In this document: piece after piece, positions 36,692 to 46,786 of the stretch
Layout: the number at the start of each line of letters is the position of its first letter
Numbering within the stretch: position 1 is the first letter of the stretch
Origin: a virus
Length of the DNA stretch: 64,000 nt
Direction: 5' to 3' (one strand)
IMG/VR virus record: IMGVR_UViG_3300008117_000445
Span: 1 to 64,000 of that record
Program-made: the position numbers and the translations under genes
The notes under the pieces: model-generated
Databases searched by the model: none
What the model was told of the DNA's origin: nothing
Seen by the model: the letters and a program-made list of their open reading frames with translations, nothing else

Positions 36692-37903
36692 ATGAAAATC
36701 ATTATAACTGAATCTCAATTAAAACTTATTAAAGAAGCGGTTGGCGTTCCGGAAGGAATATTAAAAGCCGGTGAAGAACTATTTAAAATTGTTGCTTCCA
36801 ATCTAAAAAAAATCAACAATAAAGATAATAAACACGAATTCCACATAACTGAGGAAGAATTACAAATTTCTGATGTTACAATTGATTTCATTAAAATTAC
36901 AGTATCAGTTGAAGAAATTGAAGGTTATGATGGTAAGCCTGTTATCGCATCAATGGGTGTAAATAACGCATTTAGGTTTGATAAAGGAATAATGATGCAA
37001 GTAAGCAAAGTTGATAAGGTAATTGAATTGGAAATTAATTTCATTGTACCAAAAGAATGGGAACCGCAAGACTTATATGAAACATTCATATCAGACGAAA
37101 CACATAATGAATCAGTTATGGCCCACGAAATAATGCACAAATTTCATCGTACAAAAAAAACAAAAGGGTTTGTTGGCGACATTGCCGATTATCAAGCATA
37201 TTCATCTGGGAAAATAAGATTCAATATTCCGGTTCTTGATGATTTTATGCTATATAGTTATTATATCCAAGCTGCCGAAAATACTGTTAGACCAACTGAG
37301 GTTGCCTCAAGGATGATTAAAAAAGGAATAACAAAAGATCAATTTAAAGATTTTCTTAAAGAAGATGAGACATTTAAACAATTAAAACAAATCCAGAATT
37401 TTACTTATGATTATTTGATAAGTAGTTTACGTAAACAAATGGACAGAATTGATGGGTTAATAAAACATATTGGTGATGATCCGAGCAAAATGTCCGTAGA
37501 TTACAAAATTGAGTTTATTTTAAAAATAGCATATGTCAATCTCGTTAATTTAAAGATTGAAATATTTGATAACTATTTTTATGATAATGCGGAGAAGTTC
37601 CTTCAATCTATGGGTGGTTTGTTTGGTAAAGTGAGTAAAGAAAAAGAAGATGTTAGAAAAAAGTTCGTTAATCACGTTGTAAAATATGAAAATAAAGAAA
37701 TGGACTTTTTCAAAGACGAATGTGAACGGTTTAATTATGTTGCAACAAAACTTATGAAAAAAATATCAAAAATCTATGCACTCCTTCCTGATGAAAAGGA
37801 ACAAACAAATGAATCAATATTGGATTGGGAATTACACCAAAAACTTATGGAAAAGAAGTATGGTGAAAGACCAATTCAAAAATCTTATAATTTCAAAAAA
37901 TAA
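36692..37903 (+). CDS. putative HExxH zinc metallopeptidase with shared N-terminal leader (MKIIITESQLKLIKEAV)
   Basis: MAHEIMHKFH zincin motif. Confidence 0.45.
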   Translation: MKIIITESQLKLIKEAVGVPEGILKAGEELFKIVASNLKKINNKDNKHEFHITEEELQISDVTIDFIKITVSVEEIEGYDGKPVIASMGVNNAFRFDKGIMMQVSKVDKVIELEINFIVPKEWEPQDLYETFISDETHNESVMAHEIMHKFHRTKKTKGFVGDIADYQAYSSGKIRFNIPVLDDFMLYSYYIQAAENTVRPTEVASRMIKKGITKDQFKDFLKEDETFKQLKQIQNFTYDYLISSLRKQMDRIDGLIKHIGDDPSKMSVDYKIEFILKIAYVNLVNLKIEIFDNYFYDNAEKFLQSMGGLFGKVSKEKEDVRKKFVNHVVKYENKEMDFFKDECERFNYVATKLMKKISKIYALLPDEKEQTNESILDWELHQKLMEKKYGERPIQKSYNFKK

Positions 37904-38087
37904 TTTGTTTTATTAAAAAACATTCTTTACCTTTGTAAGGTGAAAAAACCATGTAAAGAATGTCCACATCTTATTCGTAATCGTCATAATGATATGATTG
38001 TGGAGTTCGGTGAGAGAACGGGAAAGAAACATAATTGTCATATGACGGAAGGAAAAAAAGATTTGTGGAATGTAACGGATAAGAAAC

Positions 38088-38285
38088 TTGAATGTTATGG
38101 AAGTAGAAATGTCTAAAGAAATGGATGAGTTCATCAACAAGTTGGATTCGTTATGTTGGGAATATCACATTGAAATAAAACCCACACATCCAGTGCCTGA
38201 TGATGAATACCCAACTATATCCATTATAAATGGTGATGAAGTTGTAAAATTAATTTATATTGATGGTGATGGAAGAGGTAAATAA
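38088..38285 (+). CDS. hypothetical protein
   Basis: 65-aa ORF. Confidence 0.35.
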   Translation: MNVMEVEMSKEMDEFINKLDSLCWEYHIEIKPTHPVPDDEYPTISIINGDEVVKLIYIDGDGRGK

Positions 38286-38359
38286 CGTCCGATGATAAAC
38301 AATCGTTTTAATGTTGTTGATCATTTGTTATATTAAAAAATAATTCTTATATTTGTCAA

Positions 38360-38668
38360 ATGAAAGTAGAATCAAAATTTGGAACATATACAATGGAAAC
38401 AATAAGTAGTACAAAAATAAGTACAGACAAACTCGCAGTGTTTGTTGAACGACTTAAAAAAATAGGAATTGATGTAAAACTATCAGGAAACTTTCCTTGG
38501 GTTTATATTAGTGAAATCAATGGTATAAGAGTTAAAGAAAATTTCCAAGCAAACCACGGATTTACTGTAATGTTTCTTCCAGGAAGAAATGATTCACCAC
38601 CATCTGAATTTACAGACATCAAAGAAATTTTTAATTTAATAAGAAAATATAAAAATGAAAAACGATAA
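38360..38668 (+). CDS. hypothetical protein
   Basis: 102-aa ORF, TATATTTG box upstream. Confidence 0.45.
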   Translation: MKVESKFGTYTMETISSTKISTDKLAVFVERLKKIGIDVKLSGNFPWVYISEINGIRVKENFQANHGFTVMFLPGRNDSPPSEFTDIKEIFNLIRKYKNEKR

Positions 38669-39077
38669 GTTATTTTTAGACGACCTTAGAATACCAAAGG
38701 ATGCTATAGGTTTGGTCCCTGATAAACATAATAAGTTTTATTGGGAAAATGATTGGGATATTGTAAGAAACTACGATGAGTTTGTTCAATATACTGAGGT
38801 TAATGGTGTTCCAGAGTTTGTTTCATTCGACCACGACTTGGCTGATTTTCATTACGACTTAAAACCTGAAGATTATGAAAATATGTCCGAAGATGAAATG
38901 GTTATGAAATTCGGTAGTATGGAAAAAACAGGACTTGATTGTGCAAAGTTCCTTGTTGAATATTGTGCAGATGAAAACCAACCATTACCTAAATACTTGG
39001 TACATTCAGCAAATCCTGCAGGAAAAGAAAATATTGAGAAATTTTTAGAAAACGCAAAAAAACATTTAAATATATAA
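38655..39077 (+). CDS. hypothetical protein
   Basis: 140-aa ORF. Confidence 0.45.
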   Translation: MKNDKLFLDDLRIPKDAIGLVPDKHNKFYWENDWDIVRNYDEFVQYTEVNGVPEFVSFDHDLADFHYDLKPEDYENMSEDEMVMKFGSMEKTGLDCAKFLVEYCADENQPLPKYLVHSANPAGKENIEKFLENAKKHLNI

Positions 39078-39078
39078 T

Positions 39079-39447
39079 ATGGTCCTTACAAAAATAACAA
39101 TGGACGATAAATATAAAAAAATAGACGAAAAATCAAAAATAATTACAGATAGACTTGGTTGTAAGATTGATGATGGTATTAGAGAATTAATAGTTTTACT
39201 AAACTATAACAATATTGGGACAACACAATCTTGTTGGGGACATAAAAACTGGGGTGAAAAATTTCCTTGGTTTGATATTGATGGTAAATACTATGATGAT
39301 ATAAAATCAATTATTTTTGATTTGGAAATTGGGTTTGAAAAGTATGATGTTAATACCATACGTTTTTATCCTAAATGTAAAACACTAATAAAGGGTAGAA
39401 GAGAATTTAATAAATTGAAAGATAAATTAAAACAAACTAATAATTGA
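39079..39447 (+). CDS. hypothetical protein (N-terminus MVLTKITMDDK paralogous to next gene)
   Basis: 122-aa ORF. Confidence 0.45.
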   Translation: MVLTKITMDDKYKKIDEKSKIITDRLGCKIDDGIRELIVLLNYNNIGTTQSCWGHKNWGEKFPWFDIDGKYYDDIKSIIFDLEIGFEKYDVNTIRFYPKCKTLIKGRREFNKLKDKLKQTNN

Positions 39448-39454
39448 ATATAAT

Positions 39455-39976
39455 ATGGACCTTACTAAACTAACAATGGACGAACTTATTTCTTTGAAAA
39501 ATAAAATTGAGGGACTTATTCATTCATATGAAGATGGATATTTGTATATCTGTTCTGTTCGTCAGTTCGGTAGTGTGTGGGAAGAAAGACCCACGAGTCT
39601 ATATTCATTAAAAGAACTTTGTGGTGAATACAATGGTGACAACGGTATTGTTGATGTTTATACTAACAACCCAAATTTAGAATTTCCTGAAATGGAGTTT
39701 TATAATTATGGTGATGTTATGTATATCAAATCAGAAGATGATTATAGAGAGTGGATTAAACACACTAAAAGAAAAAACCTTATTGAAGATGTAACACAAC
39801 GACTTGATGAATGGGAAAGTAGAGAAAATGTACCGTTTCAATATAGACCTTCTTTTGCTCCAATATGGACAAGAGAAGATGTTAGTGAATGGGTTACAGA
39901 ATTTGAAAGTAATAAGTGGGATTTTGTTGAACCAGTTTCAATGAAGAAAAATTATTTTGAAGAAAATGATGATTAA
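39455..39976 (+). CDS. hypothetical protein (N-terminus MDLTKLTMDEL)
   Basis: 173-aa ORF. Confidence 0.45.
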   Translation: MDLTKLTMDELISLKNKIEGLIHSYEDGYLYICSVRQFGSVWEERPTSLYSLKELCGEYNGDNGIVDVYTNNPNLEFPEMEFYNYGDVMYIKSEDDYREWIKHTKRKNLIEDVTQRLDEWESRENVPFQYRPSFAPIWTREDVSEWVTEFESNKWDFVEPVSMKKNYFEENDD

Positions 39977-40003
39977 TTAAAAAATTATTTGTATATTTGT
40001 ATT

Positions 40004-40156
40004 ATGAAAAATTTATCTATTAGCTTAATTTACTTAGGGTTTTTCGCCCTTATCGGAACCGCAACTTACATTACTAATAATGGTAATTGTTTGTGGGCCT
40101 TGTTATTAACACCAAGTTTAACTTATAAACAAGAAGATGATGGAGAATCAGAATAG
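40004..40156 (+). CDS. small hydrophobic upstream ORF (50 aa) overlapping the start of the RNA ligase gene
   Basis: MKNLSISLIYLGFFALIGTATYITNNGNCLWALLLTPSLTYKQEDDGESE; directly after TATATTTGTAttATG. Confidence 0.3.
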   Translation: MKNLSISLIYLGFFALIGTATYITNNGNCLWALLLTPSLTYKQEDDGESE

Positions 40157-41255
40157 TGTTGCGTATGTAGGAAAAATAGGTTCAGTATCTGAAATACCAG
40201 GTGCTGACAATATAGAATTAGTAACTGTTGGTGGATGGAACGCCATAACCAAAAAAGGAGAATATAAGGTTGATGATTTAGTGGTTGTCGCAACTACTGA
40301 CGCTGTTATACCACAAAAATTGTCAGATGGTTTAGGTGTTACTAACTACCTTCGTAAAGGGCAAAGGGTTAGAACTGTAAAACTTCGTGGTGTTTATTCT
40401 GAATGTTTGTTAATACCGGTTACTTTCGTACCTGAAAAATATCGTTATGAAGGTTCCGATTGTATGGAATTACTTGAAATATTCAAGTTTGAACCACCAG
40501 TTAAAACAATAACTTTATCATCTGGTGGACGTAAAGTAAAGTACCACCAAAATCCAAACTTCCACATATACTACAAGTTTCCAAACCAAAAGAATGTTCC
40601 GGATATGTTTAATGAGGAAGATATGGTTGTTATAACCAGAAAATTACATGGAACAAATTCCAGATTTGGTATAATAAGAAAGAAAAAACTTACTATATGG
40701 GACCGAGTTAAAATGTTCTTTGGTGACAAATGGGCTGGATTTGATTACATAGTAGGTAGTCATAATGTTGAGAAAGGATCTGACTCACAAGGATTTTATG
40801 ATACCAATGTTTGGGAAGAAATATCCATAAAGTATAACATAAGAGAAAAATTGTGGCAACACGTAAAAGATACTTATGAATATCTTGAAACTGGATTCAT
40901 AATATATGGTGAAATATATGGTGCCGGTATACAGAAGAACTACGACTACTGTTTAACTGATATAAAGTTTGCTGGGTTTGATGTTGAGGTGGACGGTAAA
41001 TACGAAAGTTATCCGGCTGAAGTTACACACTTTGACGTAATGGATTTACCAAAGGTTGAACTTTTACATTGGGGTCATTGGGACAAAGAAAAACAAGATA
41101 GTTTTGTTTATGATAACTTTATAGAAGGAACCAAAGTTCCACACGAAGGTGTTATAGTAAAACACGAATCTGGTGATCGTAAAAAAATATCAAAATGTAT
41201 AAATCCTGGATATTTAATCGCAAGTGAAAAACATAATTATGGTGATTCACATTGA
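40137..41255 (+). CDS. RNA ligase, Rnl2 family
   Basis: nucleotidyltransferase motif I KLHGTN (T4 Rnl2 KIHGTN), downstream motifs consistent with the ligase fold. Confidence 0.6.
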   Translation: MMENQNSVAYVGKIGSVSEIPGADNIELVTVGGWNAITKKGEYKVDDLVVVATTDAVIPQKLSDGLGVTNYLRKGQRVRTVKLRGVYSECLLIPVTFVPEKYRYEGSDCMELLEIFKFEPPVKTITLSSGGRKVKYHQNPNFHIYYKFPNQKNVPDMFNEEDMVVITRKLHGTNSRFGIIRKKKLTIWDRVKMFFGDKWAGFDYIVGSHNVEKGSDSQGFYDTNVWEEISIKYNIREKLWQHVKDTYEYLETGFIIYGEIYGAGIQKNYDYCLTDIKFAGFDVEVDGKYESYPAEVTHFDVMDLPKVELLHWGHWDKEKQDSFVYDNFIEGTKVPHEGVIVKHESGDRKKISKCINPGYLIASEKHNYGDSH

Positions 41256-41295
41256 TGGAATCAATTTTTTTCTTAACTTTGTAAAAAATTAAAAT

Positions 41296-41562
41296 ATGCC
41301 TTACATTAGATTACATGTGGATTTAGATGAAATCTACGACGATATGGATAGAAGTGATAAAAGAGAAATGGCCGAATGGTTATTTGATGACGGTGTTTTG
41401 GGTTCACATCCTAATCCAGAAATTAGAAAATTAGTTAGAGGTGATGAAGATTCAATAGGAGAAAAAGAGTTTAAAGACACTCTTGAGAAGTTATGGAGTG
41501 CTTATCACCGACTATCCAATGAAGATGAATTATTAATTAAACAAATCGCAGATAAAATATGA
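41296..41562 (+). CDS. hypothetical protein
   Basis: 88-aa ORF. Confidence 0.4.
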   Translation: MPYIRLHVDLDEIYDDMDRSDKREMAEWLFDDGVLGSHPNPEIRKLVRGDEDSIGEKEFKDTLEKLWSAYHRLSNEDELLIKQIADKI

Positions 41563-41792
41563 CAAGAGAAATAATATTTGGTGTTTGTGATAAAACAGAC
41601 AAATGTAATTCGTATTTCGGGTTTTTCAAACACGAGGATGATGCCAAAAAAGAAATCAGAATCCAAGCTGAAAGAATGAAAGATGAACTTGGAATGATGG
41701 ATTTGGTTGTCAAGGACGACCGTGCCGTTATTTTGAGAGACGATAGAGTTGAAGAAATTGTTTTGGTAATTCATCGGTATGTACTTAGGTAA
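41559..41792 (+). CDS. hypothetical protein
   Basis: 77-aa ORF. Confidence 0.4.
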   Translation: MTREIIFGVCDKTDKCNSYFGFFKHEDDAKKEIRIQAERMKDELGMMDLVVKDDRAVILRDDRVEEIVLVIHRYVLR

Positions 41793-41984
41793 AGAAGAAA
41801 AACCATTCGGTTTAAAAGTTATTCATTTTCTTGTCACCAACACTTTCTGGTATTTGATATTTTCTTTTATTTATCTTAATTTTGACATTAGAGAATGGTG
41901 GTTAATCCAGAATAGTTTCGGTAGATTCATTTTATTATTTTTGGAATTAACAATGTTTTACTCGGCGTTTAAAAAAGATTAAAT

Positions 41985-42185
41985 ATGGAAAAAATTGAAA
42001 TATATGTAAGGTTCGCAAACGAAGGTGTTTATTATGACAAAATAAAGTTAGATCCTTCAAAAATAAGTAATCCAAGGATTTTTACTCAAGAAGTATTTTT
42101 TGATATTGACGGGATTACAGTGGCTACAAGAAAAGAAGATTGGCAAAAGATAGAACAATGGAAAGAAACTGGCAAAAAGAATTAA
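41985..42185 (+). CDS. hypothetical protein
   Basis: 66-aa ORF. Confidence 0.35.
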   Translation: MEKIEIYVRFANEGVYYDKIKLDPSKISNPRIFTQEVFFDIDGITVATRKEDWQKIEQWKETGKKN

Positions 42186-43219
42186 GAGAAATTTTAAAAA
42201 GAAATAATATGAGTGAAGAGTATATTGAAAAAACGGTAGAGTATGGTGATACAATACCTGAAGTAGAAACAACATATGATGAATATCCAGGAATTGAAGA
42301 ACCAGTTATTGGTAGAATAATGGATTCTGAAGAAGATAGAAAAATTGATGCTGACGTACCTTCTTGTTGGAGTAATTTAAAAAATAATGAATATGCGCCC
42401 GCATATGTTACAGTACCAAAGGTTCCTGCCGGTGTTTATGAAATAGGTTGGAATGGTAATTTACAAACTTATACCGTTAAAAAACAACCATTCAAGTCTG
42501 ATGAGTTATACCATCTACCGTCATATGAAATTACAGACATCTTAAAAGATATTGATAATTTTTGGAATAGAGCCGACAATTATAAAAAATACAACTATAT
42601 CCACAAAAGAGGCATTTTAATGTATGGTGAACCAGGTTGTGGTAAGTCAGGTATAATCCAATTAATATCACAACAACTAATTGAAAAAGATGGTATTGTA
42701 ATTAATATCAAAGATGAAGAAGATGTTGAAAGGTTCACATCATTTATTGGAACGTTTAGAAAAGTTGAACCAAAAAGACCATTGATTGTTTTATTGGAGG
42801 ATATTGATTCACTTGCTGGTGAAGGTAGAAGTCAAACTGCTAGATTATTAAACATACTAGATGGTGTTAAACAAATTGAAGGTGTTGTATATATTGCAAC
42901 AACAAACTACCCGGAGAAGTTACAGGAAAGAATCACCAACCGTCCGTCCCGTTTTGATAGAAGATATAAAGTGGAACTTCCAAATGAAGATATTAGAAGG
43001 GCTTATATTGAACATAAATTAAGTGAAGAAGATTTAAAAGGTATTGATATTGAGGAATGGATCAAAAAAACTGAAGGGATGTCATTGTCACACTTAAAAG
43101 AAGTTGTAATTTCGGTTATTGTTATGGGTAGAACTTTTGAAGAAACAATTGAAAATCTTGAAGGGTTGAAAAAAACACCAACAATTAAAGGTTCTGGTAA
43201 GATGGGGTTTGGAAAATAA
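42140..43219 (+). CDS. classic AAA ATPase
   Basis: Walker A GEPGCGKSG, Walker B LLEDIDS, second region of homology ATTNYPEKLQERITNRPSRFDRR. Confidence 0.8.
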   Translation: MAKDRTMERNWQKELREILKRNNMSEEYIEKTVEYGDTIPEVETTYDEYPGIEEPVIGRIMDSEEDRKIDADVPSCWSNLKNNEYAPAYVTVPKVPAGVYEIGWNGNLQTYTVKKQPFKSDELYHLPSYEITDILKDIDNFWNRADNYKKYNYIHKRGILMYGEPGCGKSGIIQLISQQLIEKDGIVINIKDEEDVERFTSFIGTFRKVEPKRPLIVLLEDIDSLAGEGRSQTARLLNILDGVKQIEGVVYIATTNYPEKLQERITNRPSRFDRRYKVELPNEDIRRAYIEHKLSEEDLKGIDIEEWIKKTEGMSLSHLKEVVISVIVMGRTFEETIENLEGLKKTPTIKGSGKMGFGK

Positions 43220-43408
43220 TTAAAAATAACGGACAGGTTTATGAATAGTGCGATATAATACACTATATCGTTAAAATTAGGTTGAAATTGACTTAATTGA
43301 TATTAATAGTGAATTATACTACACTTTAAACATTACTCATATATTATGTCGTAAAAGAAAAATTTAATTAGATTTAAAAATTAATTACTATATTTGTAAA
43401 AAAAAGAT

Positions 43409-43573
43409 ATGGGAACAAGTCAGATTATAATGTTAGTGTTGTTGGGGTCAAATTTATTGTTTGGTGCTCATTTTCACGGGAAAGAAAGAACAGGGAATTA
43501 CAGTTTTTGGATTACATTTTTAAGTGTTGGAATTTATTTTACATTATTAATGACTGGTGGTTATTTTAATTAA
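43409..43573 (+). CDS. small two-TM membrane protein (54 aa)
   Basis: hand-read ORF MGTSQIIMLVLLGSNLLFGAHFHGKERTGNYSFWITFLSVGIYFTLLMTGGYFN after TATTTGTA box. Confidence 0.35.
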   Translation: MGTSQIIMLVLLGSNLLFGAHFHGKERTGNYSFWITFLSVGIYFTLLMTGGYFN

Positions 43574-43574
43574 T

Positions 43575-43766
43575 ATGGAAAAACATAAAAAAGTAACTTG
43601 GGAATGTGTTAGTTGTGGAAACCAACACGAATCATATTCAAACCGAAGATGGGATATGCAAGTTTGTGAATGTGGAAAAAGTGGGCTTGATTTGGAGGAA
43701 TTTTATTCAAGAACAATGGGTGAAATAAAAATTGTCAAGGAAGAAACAATTGAATCCGAAAATTAA
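43575..43766 (+). CDS. zinc-ribbon protein
   Basis: WECVSCGNQHES ... CECGKSG. Confidence 0.4.
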   Translation: MEKHKKVTWECVSCGNQHESYSNRRWDMQVCECGKSGLDLEEFYSRTMGEIKIVKEETIESEN

Positions 43767-43769
43767 ATA

Positions 43770-43949
43770 ATGGAAACCACAACAAAATTCAATGAACTGA
43801 AGGTTGGTGATAGAGTGGAAACCAGACTATCCGGTAAAGCGATGGTTATTGAAACTGGTTGTTACAACGGTAAAATGGTCAAACTTAAATGTGACAAACC
43901 AAGGTGGTGTTGTCCTTATTTTTACGAATCAGAATTAAAATTAAAATGA
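43770..43949 (+). CDS. hypothetical small protein (59 aa)
   Basis: hand-read ORF METTTKFNELKVGDRVETRLSGKAMVIETGCYNGKMVKLKCDKPRWCCPYFYESELKLK. Confidence 0.3.
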   Translation: METTTKFNELKVGDRVETRLSGKAMVIETGCYNGKMVKLKCDKPRWCCPYFYESELKLK

Positions 43950-44368
43950 GATATCACGCGAATTTTTACACAAATAGACTGGTCAAGGAATGGTTAAGAA
44001 ATGGTAAGATTATAATTGGTTGTGATCTTGACGACACTATTATTCCTTACAACGAAGAAATCAAAGAGAATTGTCAAAAAATGGTTGATTTGATTTTGGA
44101 ATGTCAAAAGGAAGGGATATACTTTTTGATAAATACGGCAAGAAGTTTAGATAGGTTAGAGAATGCAAAAGAACAAGTTGAATCTTTGGGTATTGAAGTC
44201 CATGGGGTAAATGAAATGCATCCAGAATGGGATAGACCATATGGGATTAATGGAAAATTATATGCGAACATTTTCCTTGATGACCGTGGAGGTTTTTGGG
44301 GTGGTTACTGGACATTGTCAAACGCATTAACTATTGTTAGAAAAATAAGAAATGATGAGAAAGAATGA
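43946..44368 (+). CDS. HAD-superfamily hydrolase-like
   Basis: motif I IIIGCDLDDTII (DxDxT). Confidence 0.45.
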   Translation: MRYHANFYTNRLVKEWLRNGKIIIGCDLDDTIIPYNEEIKENCQKMVDLILECQKEGIYFLINTARSLDRLENAKEQVESLGIEVHGVNEMHPEWDRPYGINGKLYANIFLDDRGGFWGGYWTLSNALTIVRKIRNDEKE

Positions 44369-44909
44369 TAACTATAGAACTGACGCTGAGTTTGAAGATT
44401 TTTTAGTTAGTATCGGTGGTGTTGTTAATGGTCGTAGAACTAACGAACCTTTAATTTTTGAAAGAAAGCGTTTCACGGTAGGAAATGGTTGGCTCGGGAT
44501 TGTTCAACGATTGTTTGAAACATTAATCGCCCTTGGTTGGAATAAGAAATTTATTTTAGTTAAAGAAAAATTCGGTGGAATGAGTATATTTTTGGACGAC
44601 CTTCCAGAGAATGGTTTACATTTTGTAATTGAAGCAGATAAAGAAACATTTTCAGTTTGTGAGGTTTGTGGCGAATCAGCCGAACAACACAAAATAAACA
44701 ACTGGGTTTATACTTTATGTGATACACACCGGGATGAAAAACTATATGTTGAGGTTGATGGTAAAACTTATCTTAAAAAATTAAAAGATCCGATATTAAA
44801 AGGTGACATATACTTCAACGCACTAGATAATGAAATATTAACGTGTGATGTGGACAAGTTATTTGATCCATGGTCGTTAAAAGTGGTGGAGGTTAAGAAC
44901 AATGATTGA
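44352..44909 (+). CDS. hypothetical protein with Cys/His cluster
   Basis: CEVCGESAEQH ... CDTH. Confidence 0.4.
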   Translation: MMRKNDNYRTDAEFEDFLVSIGGVVNGRRTNEPLIFERKRFTVGNGWLGIVQRLFETLIALGWNKKFILVKEKFGGMSIFLDDLPENGLHFVIEADKETFSVCEVCGESAEQHKINNWVYTLCDTHRDEKLYVEVDGKTYLKKLKDPILKGDIYFNALDNEILTCDVDKLFDPWSLKVVEVKNND

Positions 44910-45357
44910 TTTTTCAACATACAAATTAAGAGGTGACGACCTTAAACTTATTAGGTTTGATTTCAACTTCAGATCATCAGATGCTTATGATGTGATATAT
45001 GACATATTAAACAATGATGAAAAGAGAAACGTTGGATTCATAACTACAAAATATCCAAATAGTACATCGGATTTAAATGATGAACAATATTGGGATATAT
45101 TATTATTGGACAACGAAGTTTTGTTTTACTTAGAGAATATGTTGGTTAAATATGGAATTGTTTATACAATCACTGATATTACGGACCAATATATTAAAAA
45201 ATCAAAAAAACTAGAAAAGGATTTCATTGAAGAAATTGACAATTATGTTGAAAAGTTATATGATGTTGATCAGATATTGGATAGGATTAATGAAGTTGGA
45301 CTTGACAAGATAAACAAATTTGAATTAAATTATTTACAAAAACAATCAAAAAAATGA
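44902..45357 (+). CDS. hypothetical protein
   Basis: 151-aa ORF. Confidence 0.45.
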   Translation: MIDFSTYKLRGDDLKLIRFDFNFRSSDAYDVIYDILNNDEKRNVGFITTKYPNSTSDLNDEQYWDILLLDNEVLFYLENMLVKYGIVYTITDITDQYIKKSKKLEKDFIEEIDNYVEKLYDVDQILDRINEVGLDKINKFELNYLQKQSKK

Positions 45358-46082
45358 ACTACGGAAAAGAATTTAGAAGTTTTGCAAAAAGTGAAGGAAT
45401 CAGTTCACTAACATTGGATCAGTTTGAATCATCACTAACACCATATATTTTGGAAGAAAGGGAATTAAGGGCAACCCAAATTGATATTTTCTCAAGATTA
45501 ATGGTTGATAGGATTATTTGGTTATCCGGACCCGTTGACCAACGAATGTCAGATATTGTCCAAGCCCAATTATTATTTTTGGATTCGGTTCAAAAAAAGG
45601 ATATTACACTTTATATTAATAGTCCTGGAGGTTCGGTTATGTGTGGGTTGGGAATTGTTGATTTGATGAATTATGTTTCTTCAGATGTGGTAACAACAAA
45701 CATTGGAATGTGTGCGTCAATGGGTTCCGTTTTATTATCATCCGGAACAAAAGGTAAAAGATCGGCTTTGGTTCATTCAAAAGTTATGACACATTTTGTT
45801 AGTCACGGAACAAAAGGAAATATCCAAGATACCAGAATTGACCAAATGGAAGGTGAAAAATATAACTACATATTATTTAAAATATTGGCCGAGAATTGTG
45901 GAAAAACATTTGATGAAATGTACGAAACATCCAGAAGAGATAAGTGGTTCAATTCTGACGAAGCCCTTAATTTTGGTTTGGTTGATGAGGTAATTGGTGT
46001 TGATAAGAACAAAACGATTACAAACTATTTGGAGGGATTTGACGACTATTACAAAAAAGAAGTTTTAAACTACAAAAAATAA
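45354..46082 (+). CDS. clpP: ClpP-family serine protease
   Basis: IDIFSRLMVDRIIWLSGPVDQ, INSPGGSV, active-site GMCASMGSVLL, full-length alignment to ClpP fold. Confidence 0.8.
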   Translation: MNYGKEFRSFAKSEGISSLTLDQFESSLTPYILEERELRATQIDIFSRLMVDRIIWLSGPVDQRMSDIVQAQLLFLDSVQKKDITLYINSPGGSVMCGLGIVDLMNYVSSDVVTTNIGMCASMGSVLLSSGTKGKRSALVHSKVMTHFVSHGTKGNIQDTRIDQMEGEKYNYILFKILAENCGKTFDEMYETSRRDKWFNSDEALNFGLVDEVIGVDKNKTITNYLEGFDDYYKKEVLNYKK

Positions 46083-46119
46083 TTTGACATTTTAAAAAAC
46101 AATCCATATAATTAACATT

Positions 46120-46551
46120 ATGAATATAAAACAAGCACTAAAACAGAAAAACAAGTTGATCAAAGAGATCACTGAAAAAATCAAGTTGATGCAACAGTAC
46201 AACTCGGTTGAGGAAGGTAATGAGAGACCTTATAGCATCAACGAACTTTACGTTGATGTTACAGAAAAGTCAAAAGAATTGTCAGAATTAAAAGCAAGAA
46301 TTCACAGAGCAAACGCTCCGGTTTTGGAAGATATCTTTTTAATGGCGGAAATGAAATCAACAATTCAAGCACTTAAAAAAATGGATTGCACTTCAGGAAA
46401 ATCAAATAGAGATAGATATTCGTCAGCTGAAATTATTTTGACAGTTGAGATGAATTTGGTTGAGAGAAATAACAAAATCAAGGATTTGGAAGATAGAATT
46501 GAACAAATTCAAGATGTCCTTGACGTGTTTAATTCCAATACCGAAATATAA
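46120..46551 (+). CDS. hypothetical coiled-coil protein
   Basis: 143-aa ORF. Confidence 0.45.
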   Translation: MNIKQALKQKNKLIKEITEKIKLMQQYNSVEEGNERPYSINELYVDVTEKSKELSELKARIHRANAPVLEDIFLMAEMKSTIQALKKMDCTSGKSNRDRYSSAEIILTVEMNLVERNNKIKDLEDRIEQIQDVLDVFNSNTEI

Positions 46552-46722
46552 TAGTTTGAGGTTAAGATTAAATAATAGGTTGTTCAACTATACGATCCGA
46601 CGTGACTGATAATAGATTTTGATACTGTAATAGTCCCAAATTCAAAAGTCAAATTGTCAACGATCATTTTTTTAACCCTTAAAACTCTTTACTTTACCTT
46701 TTTTAATCTTGAATCAAACTAT

Positions 46723-46757
46723 TTAGAACCCCCAGTATTTTTATTGGGGGTTTGTTT
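46723..46757 (+). terminator. rho-independent terminator
   Basis: AACCCCCAgtatttttatTGGGGGTTTGTTTTTT. Confidence 0.6.
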
Positions 46758-46786
46758 TTTATAAATAAATTTATTATATTTGTATT

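Noticed and set aside
36473-37140. Minus-strand ORFs 36473..36718 and 36925..37140 inside + strand genes
   Set aside because: Fully embedded antisense to well-supported genes (metallophosphoesterase, HExxH protein); no signals.
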